Shown piece by piece: positions 12,022 to 24,920 of a DNA stretch of 64,000 nt. A model generated the notes under the pieces. The model was not told the DNA's origin. It made no database searches and saw only the letters and a program-made list of their open reading frames with translations. This stretch comes from Vairimorpha necatrix. Its lineage: Eukaryota. The DNA lies in contig CP142734.1 in NCBI GenBank assembly GCA_036630325.1, forward strand, positions 434,001 to 498,000. Reading direction: 5' to 3'. The position numbers were made by a program, and so were the translations under genes. Positions within the stretch are counted from its first letter, which is position 1, and every line of letters starts with the position of its first letter.

Positions 12022-15000
12022 TGTTGATAATTTTAAATATTTTATATGTAACCCCTAATTTTTATGGAGAATAACAATAAACATATTAACATGGTGGAGA
12101 ATGAGATAGAACCCATGAATACAGAGATTAGTAGAGATAACATTATAAATGAGATACGAAGGTTTGAGTTAATGTCCTTTTTTAAGAATATGGAGGACGA
12201 GAGAAAGATTGAGTGGATTATGAGTAGAGCCAGTTACGATTTAATCGACTGGCACTACGAGATTATTGTGGGTCATAAAAAAATGACCTTTGTGAAATGG
12301 AGACAGTTGGCTTTAGAAGCATTCGGAAATAAAACATTGTCTTTAGCAAAACTGTACCGAATGAAGCAGGACAAAGATGAAAGCATTAAACGATATATCA
12401 TGAATGTAAAGTCTTCTTCACGGATATTTAAACTTAAAGAAGAAGAAGTAATTGAAATTATTACAGGTGGGATAAGAGATGAACTTGGAAGAGTAAAAAA
12501 TTTTTTGGAAATTAGTGGATCTTTGGATGAAAAAATTATTGATAAGTTGACAATCATAGAAGAAGAATGTTTAGAAGAAAATAAGAGAAAACAAGAAATG
12601 CAAGATTTACTGAAGAAACTTGAAAGTTTAAAAATCGAAACTACTAAACAAACCATTAAATGTTACAACTGTCAAAAATTAGGACATATTGCAAGAAACT
12701 GTCGTATGGGAACCAATTATAATCAACAGGGAAGTAAGAAAGTGAATGAAATAAGCACCGAATTATCAGACATTATTAAAAATAAAGAAAATTCAGTTTA
12801 TTTTTATGGACAACAGGTTCCTGTTACTTTTAACAATGGATCAACTTATAACTTTATCAGTAACGCGGTAGCTGCAAAGTTTAATCTACCATTTCAATGG
12901 AATTCTAAAGAAATGGTATTTAAGACCTGCCTTGAAGAGCTTTTTATAGTAAACAAACATACATTTATTGAATTGACGTATAAAGACCAAGTTTATCGTT
13001 TAAAATTTTTTATTTTACCCAAAGTGAGACTTGAAAAAATATTGATCGGGAAAAATGGGATGAGGGAGATGATGGAAACAGAAGATGAAGGATATGTGTG
13101 TGAAATCAAAACGGAACCAGGCAAAAAGTAGTAGAACCGTATATACATTGTCAAAGAACATGGAAGAAGGCGTTACAATGGCAATTCAGAAGCCTTTAAG
13201 CAAGGGATTAATTTAGGAGCCTAAGTCTACATGGCTTAATAATCTTCGGCCGGTAATAAAACCAGATGGTTTTATTCAAGTGACTACAAATTTAGTTGCG
13301 TTAAATAAAATAGTTGAACTTGGCAGGTATTCCATCCCCAGAATAGATGAGATTTTATGTAATTTGAGTGGAAGAAATTTTTCTCAAAGTTGGATCTAGA
13401 AGATGGGTTTTTTCAAATTAAGTTGGTTGAAAGAGATAGATTCAAGACAGCTTTTAGATTCTAACATAGACTGTATGAATGGAAGGTGATGTCACAAGGA
13501 TTCAAAAATCCACCTGCAATATAGAGGTTCATGGATTTTGCACTTAAAGAAGAAATAGGAAGGAGCTGTTTCTGTTATATAGATGATATTTTAATTTTTG
13601 GCAGAGATGAAAAAGATTATGATGAGGCATACAAAAGAATTAAAGAAGCTTTGGATAGAAACAAGCTTAAAATAAATGAAGACAAATCTAGTTTTAGACA
13701 GCGTGAAATCGACTTTTTAGGACATCATATAGAAGAAAATAGGATACTCCCATTAGTTGATAAGTTACAAGGAATAGAAGATTTAAAATCACCAAAGGAT
13801 AAGCAACAGCTACAGGAATTTTTAGGAACAATTAACTACTATAGAAGATTTATTAAAGACTGCTCCGGTATATGTAGTCCACTGTATGAATTATTAAAAG
13901 ACAAGAAACAGTTCATTTGGACAGAGGAAGAAGAGAAACTTTTTAGGAAGATCAAAGAGATTCTCAAAATGAACACAGGATTATTCCAGCCAGATTATAC
14001 TAAAGATTTTATTTTGACAACGGACGCTTCTAAGTATGGAATCGCGGCAGTACTTAGTCAAATTATTGATAAAAAGGAGATACCCATTGCGTTTGCTTCT
14101 AGGAAACAAAAAGACCATGAAATTAATTATGGTATTAGTGAAAAAGAGTGTTTGGCTATGTTATGGGGCATGGAAAATTTTAATTACTTTTTATATGGAG
14201 CGAACTTTGAGGTAATAACAGATCATAAAGCATTAGAAGTGCTTAATAAAGGTGAAATTAACTCCCCGAGAATTCAAAGATGGTTAGATAGAATGTCTAG
14301 ATATTGCTTTAAAGTTACGTACAGGCAGGGCAAAGACATACCTCACGTAGATTGTTTAAGCAGAAATTTTGATTTCGTTGAAAATGAGGAAATAAAGGAT
14401 GATAATAAACAAATAGAGGAAGACAAAGAAGACAGGAAGAATATTGAAAATAAAAATAACGAAGAAGAAGAAATTGAATTCAAGAAGATTAGGGTCGAAG
14501 AAAAAGAAATTGTGCGAGCTATTCATTTAGAACTATTACATAGAGTAAAACAATCATTAGAGTATGAAATTAGAAAAAGAGGACTCAAAATTAAAAATGT
14601 AGAAAAGCTAGTTAAAGAAGTAGTAAATGAATGTGAAATATGTTGTCAATACAATCCAAAAAAGAAAAAAAAGTTTATTTTTGTTACGGCATTCGAAAGA
14701 GGAGAAAAGGTTGCGGTGGATATAATAGGCCCAATAGGAAAGCAATATATTATATCAGCAATTGATTATTTTACTAGAGAAGGTTTTGCAAAAGTTCTTA
14801 GTTCAAGAAACGATGAAAAGGTAGTAAGTTTTATAGAAGATGTCAACGAAAAGGTCAAGATAAAAACACTTATATTAGATCAGTCAAAAGAAAATTTAAG
14901 TTCAAAGGTCGTCAACTTTTGTAAGCATCATAATATTGAGTTACATTATACATCTCCCTACCATCACCAATCCAATGGTAGAGTAGAGAGATTTAATAGG

Positions 15001-15485
15001 ACACTACAAGATCTAATATTTAAGAATAAGGAAGACAGTTTTTTAAAAACGAAGTTAAAAAGAGCTATAGAGATTTACAACAACACGTTTCATACTGGAA
15101 TCTTAATGACACCCCAAGAAGCAACCTTGTTAAATGTACAAGACAAACTAAGACAGATTCAAATGGAAAATATAATAAAATACAATAAAAAGAATGGAAA
15201 AGGTGAGCAAGAACATTTTTTTAGACCAGGGGAGGTTGTGCTAATCAGACAAGAAGGAAATAGAGGAAAAGGTAGCCCTAAGTTTAAGGTTCGAGGATGT
15301 GTTTATAAAGCTTTAAAAAATAATGCGTTTATAATCAAGATAGGAAAAAAGAAAATAAAAAGACACGCTTCTCAGTTAAAGCTTTTAGTTGATGAGCCAA
15401 TTTTGTAGAGGGGGATGTTGATAATTTTAAATATTTTATATGTAACCCCTAATTTTTATGGAGAATAACAATAAACATATTAACA
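12022..15485 (+). mobile_element. Ty3/Gypsy LTR retrotransposon B with identical 70-bp LTRs and disrupted gag-pol
   Basis: LTRs 12022-12091 and 15416-15485. TSD CAGAT at 12017-12021 and 15486-15490. PBS TGGTGGAGAATG (tRNA-Ala-type 3' end CATTCTCCACCA). PPT AGAGGGGGA. Confidence 0.95.
12064..15408 (+). pseudogene. gag-pol of element B, broken in the RT N-terminal region (13131-13530)
   Basis: CYNCQKLGHIARNC; protease site mutated (TFNNGSTYNFI); YIDD; TDASKYGIAA; VDIIGP; NGRVERFNRTL. Stops and frameshifts lie between the two ORFs. Confidence 0.9.
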
Positions 15486-16363
15486 CAGATGATTTTCAGT
15501 ATTAGTTTTCTTCTGTTCGAATTCATCCAATTTTTCATTGAGATAACATTTATTTTCACATATGTTTTCAAAATACACTTCATTACCTTTCTTATTTGTT
15601 TTTCTCTCACAATTAATGTTTTTAAAGCTTTCTATAACTTCTTTATAGATAAAAAATCTTTCTAATTGTAATTGGTAGTATACTAATATTATATACTCAT
15701 GCTGTATTGACAACAAATATTCATTAAAATTATTTTCAATTTCTTTAATTATTTCATTTAAAAGTCTATTTTTTAATTGGATATAAAAACGTTCTATGTT
15801 TTTGCTATTTACGGATGGTATTTTATTTGTAATACTGCAACAAATGATTTCATATCTTTCATTAAAGGAAAAGAATATTCTAGTATATTGTTTCTCAGCG
15901 TTGTATATGTTCTAATCCCTATTTTTGATTTTTTCTAATAATGTATATTTTATTTTATCATAAACTAATTGTCCATTAGCCTGCACAAATAATGTATAAC
16001 CTATCAATTTTAAAATATTCATATGGGATAGTTTACGTCGAAATATTTATAAAGAAAAAGATAAAAAGCTTTTTATATTTTTATATATATAAGTGTTTAT
16101 CACAAGAATATATTATTTTTTTATATCATGAAAAATATTAAAATTGTACGTTTGACATGTGTTCTGATAGGCAACCCAATAAAAGTGTTTGACTGGTTTT
16201 AAGCTGATAATACTTTTGGCGGAAAATATTAAAAATTGCAAAAAGAACAATTCAGTATTATATAAAAATCAATACAAAAATACATATTGAGCATTGTTTT
16301 ATTAATATTTTAGTAAATTAAGAGTTTAAAATATGCAAAAAATCATCCATAACATCTTTTATA

Positions 16364-17504
16364 GGTACATGACCGTTTGGAACCCGCTTTGGGAAAATGA
16401 ACCCGCATTGAAAAATTCAAAAAAAGGGAAAAATAAAAAAAATTATAAAAAAAGAGACTTAACAATTTATTTTGAATAATGAAAGAAGTCGATCAATTCT
16501 TTGGTTTTTTGGTATTTGATAAGACCATAGAAACTGTAAAAGATACTCATAGTGCTCGTCCTAATTTATTCCATGTCTAGACCGAATCTCTCTTCGAAAA
16601 GATCAAAATCCTTCAATTTGTTGAGTATGTGTCTCGGGATCGTTAGGATTTACGAAATTGATAGAGTGATTGACAGTCCTATGCTCCATCCCTGTGATTT
16701 GTCTAAATGCAGCACCATATGCTTTCCATTGATCAGTGATCACAATAGAACCAGGCAATACATTATCTTGTATTACCTCAAGAAGCGTAGCAGTATTTCT
16801 ACTAGCTACAGGGACGAGAAAGGCCTTTCTAGAACCTCTTTCAACTCCTCCTACATACCACTGACCTGTGGTATGATTGCCACGATTATATTTGGCACGA
16901 AAGAATAGACTCTCATCGATCTCCACTACTTTAGGAATGCCGAACTCATCACGACCTCCTAACCTCTGACTATTATTGGTCACTTCCTCGATTATGCGAT
17001 CTCTGCAGAGCATACCATATGTACTTACGGTTTTTCTGTCTAGCTCAAGATCATTTGCTATATCGAGAAAGGAAACTCTTTTGATATACTTATATATCAT
17101 TTTTATAATTTTATAAAAACTTAATTTGGTATTTTCAAAAATAGAGTCCTTTTTGACAGATTTAGAAGTCGTACAAGGTTTTGTGCAATTCCAAACATAT
17201 TTATCTAATAATCTTATTCTTCTAATCAATTTCATTGGTCTTTCAGAGCTGCATACAGTACAAAAAAAGTTGTTTTTTATTAATGAACTCCGTGCCAGAA
17301 AGATACACGCTGTCTCAGCATCATAAAATGTTTCCAAAATAAAATTTATATTTATTTCCATGTTTAAAAACATTTCATCACTAAAAGGCTCATCTTCTTC
17401 AACAAAATTTGTTTTTGTCAATCTTGCCATTTTTGAAAGGGGGGTCCTTTAATTTTTTAATGCGGGTTCATTTTCCCAAAGCGGGTTCCAAACGGCCATG
17501 TACC
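16364..17504 (-). mobile_element. Merlin (IS1016/IS1595-related) DNA transposon 1
   Basis: ~54-bp TIRs starting GGTACATG (16364-16417 and 17451-17504, 2 mismatches). 8-bp TSD CTTTTATA/CTTTTAAA. Confidence 0.93.
16460..17430 (-). pseudogene. Merlin DDE transposase with premature stops near the C-terminus
   Basis: VVEIDESLF, GGVERGS, ITDQWKAY, TVNHSINFVNP, HTQQIEGF*S (TGA at a conserved Trp). The frame continues with one more stop to ~16460. Confidence 0.9.
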
Positions 17505-17704
17505 CTTTTAAAAACATTACTTTATATCTTGAACTGTTATAAATATATTCCTGCTTGTAAAATCAATAATTTAAAATGAGCATAATAAAAATTACATTAT
17601 AATAATCGTCCTAAATAAAAACAAAGATAATTAATTCTCGACGTTTATGGGAACTAAATACAATATAAATAATTTATTTGGGTATGATAAACAATATTCT
17701 TTAC

Positions 17705-18210
17705 TCTTTATTTTTTACAAGCTATATTCACAATTTCTTCTGACAGTTCCCGGAGTTCCTCCGGAAATCCGCATATTAAGTCATCGAATACCCCTTTCTG
17801 TTCAATATCAAGCTCATGTCTGATTGACGTAGTTAGGCTTTCTAAAGTCATTCAGAGGACTCATATCTGTATATATGCTTCCGTTCCGGTTCTGAGCGTA
17901 GCTCTTTGATATGCGAGCGTAAAAATTTGTTACTAGTCCATCCCAAGTCATCACATAAGATATAATTTGCTGCTTTATTTATAGAAAAAAGCCAAATGTT
18001 TTGCAAGGAAGTCGTATTTATGTTTCTTTCTGTTTCTGTCGCATTCAGATTGTTAAAGCTTTGTGATTCCAACTTCAATAACGATAAATTCTTTCCTCAA
18101 CTTGTCCACAATTAGTATATCAGGTAGTTATACTTTATTTTGATATTTGAATGTATCCTAGTGTCAACTCTTAATCTAAACATACTCGTTAGCTACACAT
18201 TCCTGAGCGG
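17705..18210 (-). mobile_element. Degenerate RLE-type non-LTR fragment, same family as 61765-62508
   Basis: The reverse complement aligns by eye with ~61965-62470. Shared blocks include CAGGAATGTGTAGCTAA, GAACGGAAGCATATATACAG and TGACTTTAGAAAGCCTAACTA. Confidence 0.85.
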
Positions 18211-21200
18211 ACATGACAAATCAATTTTTTTTATTTAGTACTCGCTATTAATTTGGAAGAAAAATCAAATAAAAATTATAAAGTATTTGTAAAAGTTAAT
18301 TCAATATTTTATTTATATCAAATATTACGTAGACTTTTATTTTTAAAATTACGGCAAAATATATAATATAAAATCTACTATAATTATATTGTTATTCTAT
18401 CTGATCCATGTTTTGAAAATATAAATTATGAATTTTAGGATAAATATAAATATGCTTATATAAATTTACGATTTTATTACAAAAAGATTTTTTGCCTTAT
18501 AATTTTACGAATTGAATTATCTTTTATGTTTACTTTTGATTTTAATAAACGTTTGATAAGAAATCAAAGCATATTCAGAAAAAATGTACTTTGTTTTATA
18601 AGTCGTTCGTCTAGCTTTTTTGTTTCACGCGCAACATCTTCGGCTCGTTTTTTAAAAAATATTAAAAAGTGATAGAGTGATAATAAAACGTGGGTATTTT
18701 TGTAATTAGCATTAAAAATTGGCTTAATTGGTTTAAATCTTTTTTGTACATTGATAAATTTTTAAAAATACGCAAACTATCTAGGGGAAAAGTTTACTTC
18801 CAAAAAAAATGCGGATAACAAAATTGCATTATGAAAGCAAAGAACAAACGCTTAAAACAAGACATTGATTTAAATTATCTCTGAGAGTGCCATTTCATTA
18901 AAAAATCCCTCAAGAAAAATTACAAGGGAAAGGGTTGATCTAAAGCATCACGTGTACGATATTGTCGTGATAATTTATATAATAGTAAAAATTATAGTAT
19001 TTTGTTATCTTTTTCAACAAACTATATTACCTAAAAAAACTTTAATTATCAGTATGTCAAAATAAAAGAATAGAATAATTTAAGTACACGTTTTACATGC
19101 GAAATCGTCATTTTAATATGCAATATTATACAAAACAAGTAATTTTAATATAAAAACCACTTATCTAAAAATTTCTGAAAAGTTATTTGTATGTCTATAA
19201 ACTAAACTACGAATTCCTGCTTCATCATAATTTTTTGTTCTGTTTTAAATTAGTTTTTTTTGTTATTTATAAAATTACTTTTTTGACACTGTTTTTTTAA
19301 ATGTAATGCGATAATCGACTAAAATCAATTTTATCCTACTAAGTTTTTAAAAAATAAACCACAGAAGAACAAAGCGTTTGGCGAAGCAAAAATAGCATTT
19401 AAATATAACCCACAATATTAAGACGATTTTATAAAAAATAAAATACTGCACAAGAAACCCATTTGAAAACGTCAAAACATATTTCACCATTTATAAAAAA
19501 TACACATTAAGTTTTTATTTTTTTTAAGCAAGATAAATTAAACTAGTCAAAAAAAAATAAAAAATTAAAAATATCAATAAAAGTATTTGATTCAACAGGG
19601 TAAACTAAAATTAACGAAACAAATATGTTAAAATAAAGAAGAAAGCGAAATTTTCTTGTGTTTTATTATTTGTAATTGTCAAAAAAAACGAAAAAACAGA
19701 GATTATTATAATAAGCTACAAATAAGAAAAACATATATGCCCGAATGAATAGTAAAAACATAAAATTGTCTATTGCATATACAACCATAGCATACATGTA
19801 GAGTATAACTAATTAAATATATTAGGAAATATAGATATAAATATGTTTTTTATGTGCTTCTAAATAACTTTTCTTGCACAACACATCAACCTTTAATTAT
19901 GATAAAAATGTTATAATAGTTATTTTATAAAAAAATATGAATAGAAAAAGCACTATTTACAATTTTTTTTTTGCAACAAAACAAATTTATTTTTATAAAT
20001 ACTTATGCAAAGTGGTAGAAATTATGTGTCTTAGAGGGTTAAGTAAAAAATTATACTAATTATATTATTTTGATCATGAGGAAAATTTAATGTTTATATT
20101 ACTAAAATGGCTTCTTATTTTGTTTTTATACTGTATAAAACAGTTTATTGTAAGTCAAATGTTTTTACTTATGCTTTCATCCTTCAATACTTTTGACACG
20201 TCGTATTTAATATGAAGATCAATCTTTTGAAATAGTACAAAATTTTATAAAAATTATCGTTTTCATTTGAAGAAACCTTATAGGCACGAATGAATAAAAA
20301 ATTTTAATAAAAAAATTTTTTTATGATGTAAAAATGTATATAAATATTGATGAATAAATCATAGCGGATATACTGTTGCATAATTTTTTAAAAAGATTGT
20401 AAATAAGCGTAAGATTATGAAATTTCGCCTGGTTTTACATTTGAGTATCCTCGTAGCATTCAAGACAAGACTCATTCCGATATAATTTGTATGAAAATAT
20501 ATTAAGTGGTTCATATATCGAAAAATATTTTTTGTTTATAATCACATAAGAGGATGGAAGAGATCAGTGGTCTTATTGGATGTGTCTAGGGCATAGATAA
20601 GTTATGAAAAAAAAATTCGTTTACACAGATTATGCATTCTTGATAATACAATAAAATACGAAATGCATCTATTTGAAATAACACAGTAAATATTTGTAAA
20701 TAGTATTTAATCATTTTATTTTTTGTTTAGGTATAGTCTTTCCTATTTATTAAAGAGGAATTTTATGTTATTTATTTTCTTAGATTTTAATTTGACTTAA
20801 ATTACCTTTTACAATAAATCTATAAATTTTTCGATTAAACATCGTAAGGGTTGGAAATTTATTTTTCTTTAATGCGAGAACAGCAGAAACAGGAAAGAAC
20901 CGAGAGTACATCTCAAGAAATCAAACGACAAAAAAGTATAAATATAAGTATTTTATATGTGCTTATTTGGGACGGTAATTACTAATTAACAAAGCAATCA
21001 TAAAAACCGGCTAATGCTGGAAAGCGTAAATTAAAACAATAAATTAATTCAAAAAGTTTAAAATCTCATGTATCGTGTAACAGACCATTTTTATTTTTAA
21101 TTTTTTTATTAAATGTTAGTTGCTTTCTCTTGCATTACATGCCCTTAAAAAACACTTTTTTTTATATTTCTGTTTTATTTTATTAATTTTTTAAACGCTA

Positions 21201-22733
21201 ACTAAAGACATTAGCGCACTTACAAATAAGTAATAATCATGAAACTTCCGTTTGTATTGTTTGAATCGTCCAGACAGACCACTTTGAAATGCTTAACACG
21301 TCTTTGGATATGTTAAATATACTTTAAGTTAAAAATTGTTATATTAAAAGCATTTTTTCATTATCCCGCGCTAAGTACAATCTGAGCGATCAATTATATT
21401 TTTACTTTTTACTCCTACAACTTGGCTTTCAAATTAAAGTGCATTTTGAAATTAATGACCATGGGCTGCACTTTACACTTTAGCGTCTTAATATCCAATC
21501 TTGTACTGGTCTTTACGGTACTTTCATTTCCTGTTTGATACATAAAGTCTATAAAATGGGATTTTTCTTTACACATGTCTTTCAAAAAAATCAAACCAAA
21601 TTTTATCCGTCTATCTCTTCCTTCAACTACAACACAATTTCTTTTATTTTTCTTCTCTTTTTAATCTATCTATATTTTTTATCACTAGTTTCAGCTAATT
21701 ATCATGATAGCTTTCAATGTTAATAATATGATGTACCACTATATGCAATCTGTAAATCATTTATGCCGGATTTTATGATAGTTAATACTGTTTCTTTACT
21801 GCTCTGCATAGCTTCCCCTCGTCTTCATTTATTTAGTCCCTCGACTGATGCAAGTCATCTCCTTCTTTTTTGAAATACAACAAGCAATATCATCTTAACT
21901 TTTACTGCATTATTTTTTTTACGTCTCATGCCTCACGAAACTTACAACCAATTCTTTTTTTTTGAATTTGATAATTTTTTATTCTCTACCATTTTGAAGA
22001 CTATTATAAGTTAGTGTTGTCCATGCAAATATATTATTACAGGACATATGTGACAGACAATGTTTATGGCATCTGCCCATATTATGTAGTAATGTACATA
22101 CAAAAGTGATTCGTTGAAATCAAGAGATTATAGATGTACCATAAATACAAAAAGTTAGATATTTCTAGCATAGGTTTCTATAGAAATATTGTTACTCGGT
22201 TAATCAATAATTTTTATAAATATCTGGTAAAATTATTTTACCCAAATTATTTTTTTCTATTTATACAATATTAACAAATCATCGACTAAGTAACACTAAA
22301 AAAAAAAAATTTCCAACTTAAACATTGAAAGTTTTTTCTAATCTTAATCCTAAAAATGTTTGAAATCAGAAGCGAGAAGTATTTTTTTTGTTTTTAAGAA
22401 TTTAAATAATATTTTAAGTAATGTTTTTTGACATATTTAATATAAACTTCAATAAATTATTAAAAAAAAAATGTTGTATATTTATGAAAATTGCAACTTA
22501 ACTTGATGTTGTTATTTGTATTTGACTTGTTGTTCTGTAAATTTGTTAAAAAACAGTTTATAATTTACGAAATAAACAAAAATAGTTCCGAATTCAACCT
22601 TTAAAAAATAAATGCAAACAATTTTGTAAATAATTCATCATGTCTAAGATTATACTAATTAATGAACAAAATAATCTAAAAACATATGGTAAAAATTGTT
22701 TTTTCAAGAAGTTCTAATTAATGTTTTATTAAT

Positions 22734-23132
22734 TTAAATACTCCTTTTATATATCAAGTATATAATCAGAGCTAGTAAAGATAGTATTGTTGTAATTCTT
22801 ATTGTTTTCCAAATAATAAATCTCTTTGTTTTATTTGTCTGTTCTGAAGAATCGCCAACTTCAAAAACACATTTGTCTTTATTATCTTCTTTTAATATCT
22901 TATAGGGTTGACTAGAATTTAAAATTTCATTTTATATAAAATTTCTGATAACATCCTTAAGTATAACTGTTTTCTTTTTTTCTATTATCGTCTCATCTTC
23001 CTTTGATTTTTGTAGATAAAATTCTGGAACGTCTAATGTAATGTCTTTAATAATTGTAAGTTGATTTAATTCTTCTTTGGTATTACATTCTTCAATAGAA
23101 CAAAATAGATATTTTATATAGAATAAAAGCAT
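22734..23132 (-). pseudogene. Small signal-peptide/C-terminal-TM gene with one in-frame TAA (22932-22934); paralog of 24528-24920
   Basis: First ~80 codons and the upstream region are near-identical to the paralog. The frame continues past the stop to a TM segment (ITTILSLLALIIYLIYKRSI*). Confidence 0.8.
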
Positions 23133-24527
23133 GGGGTATTGTTAGAAAGAATAATTTATAGTTTGATATTACAGCATCATGGTGCAAGTATAACAATTCC
23201 TACAAAATCTATGATACATAATTTGACAGTTTACTTTATGAATGTATTTTTGAAAAAACCATAAATTGAAAAACAGGTATTTAAAAAAATATCAACTTTT
23301 ATATTATTTGACAGCCTCTAAATGTTCTGTCAAAAAAAATATTATTCGAGTCATAAAAAATAAAAAAAAATATTGTAAAATTTTATCATTGTACTTCCTT
23401 CCAGGTATAATATTTAATTTTCACGCTTTAGTATGGATTTATTAAAAACAAAAATGCCAGAACGAGAATAAAGAAAAAATAATATGGTACAAACAATATT
23501 ATCATTAAAATCTAACTTGATTTTATACTATAGAAAAATTAAAAAAACAACCTCTAAAATTGATACAGTTTTCCCAAATTAGTATTAAAGGACTTTAAAA
23601 TTGTAAAGATGATCATTAATTTTTGTATTCCTAAGTCATTATAATTTCCTTTTGTTATTTTTTAACATTTCACAGTCATATAAATTTGTTTCTTTTAGCC
23701 TTTGAATTTAGTAATATTATTTGTAGTCATACATCATATTTGACCTATTCTGTGATATATTGATTTTTTTATGGTCTAAAAATAAAAAACCGATAAGATT
23801 AAAAATAACATCAATTTTATAAACAATGGCATACTTTTTTCTGTTAAAGAAAAATTTAATCTATGTATATAATAATTTATTTATTTCATAATCCAAACAC
23901 AGAATTATAAATTATATATATAAATATTTTTTAGCATTTTTTTTATTCTACAATAAAAGCGTAAACAAGATAAGTCTTGATCAATTAATAGAAAAAAAAT
24001 TAAGACATATAAAATTTTTAAAAATAAATTATTTAAGGTAATTATTGTGCTATATATTAACTTTATTTTTAAGTTTAACTCGCCATCCTTTGCCGCATAT
24101 ACTGTCAAAATCAAGCCAAAAAAGAAAATTTAGAATTTATATTTGATTGGGGACAAACCAAAAATGTTCCTATGACAGTTTTATTTCATTTTATTTGTTT
24201 TTAGAGTTAATATAGCAGTATATAAATGATCATTGAAATTATTTTTTAATTCAATGCTCGAAAATTCATAAATTAGGATTATTATTGATACTGCCGTACA
24301 CATTGAATTTTGTTCTATAAATTTGTCTAGTTTTTCTGTGAATAAAAATTCTACAAAAATATGCTTCTTATAAAAACTGAATTAGCAAATTAGTCCTTTT
24401 AAAATATAAATGTGAAATTTTGACGGATTAAAGGATTACATTTAAGATTAAACTCATAAATAAACAAAATCTAATAATCCGTAATAAATTTGGCTCTTCA
24501 AGTAGCTTAAATTAATATTTTATTGAT

Positions 24528-24920
24528 TTAATGCATCAATTTATATTTATATAACGAATACATATATAAAGCCATTGCAGTTGCTACGATTAAGACCCAC
24601 AAAAATTTAAAATAAAAAAACCAATCTTTTATAATTATTGGTTTTGAAATCTTCTGCACGGCATAGACAGCATCATCTTTTAATATTTTATAGGGTTGAC
24701 TAGAATTTATAATTTCATTTTGAATAAAATTTCTGATAACATCCTTAAGTATAACTGTTTTCTTTTTTTCTATTATCGTCTCATCTTCCTTTGATTTTTG
24801 TAGATAAAATTCTGGAACGTCTAATTTAATGTATTTACTAATTGTAAGTTGATTTAATTCTTCTTTGGTATTACATTCTTCAATAGAACAAAATAGATAT
24901 TTTATATAGAATATAAGCAT
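24528..24920 (-). CDS. 130-aa putative secreted, membrane-anchored protein
   Basis: CCCC-ATG start, hydrophobic N-terminus, C-terminal TM (FLWVLIVATAMALYMYSL), tandem paralog nearby. Confidence 0.8.
   Translation of the reverse strand: MLIFYIKYLFCSIEECNTKEELNQLTISKYIKLDVPEFYLQKSKEDETIIEKKKTVILKDVIRNFIQNEIINSSQPYKILKDDAVYAVQKISKPIIIKDWFFYFKFLWVLIVATAMALYMYSLYKYKLMH

Larger units (their letters stand above)
6290..16022 (-). pseudogene. Pseudogene paralog of the 751-aa gene, split by two Gypsy insertions
   Basis: Start context CCCAT-ATG, N-terminus MNILKLIGYTLFVQ vs MNIVLLINVILFVQ. Removing each element rejoins matching peptides: ENHL|NIFVVQPHYK..EFCIR vs FGVFSVHTHYK..EFCIR, and KVCLLIEAEEFI vs KICLLIETERFI. 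Additional stops and frameshifts. The 3' end is approximate. Confidence 0.85.
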
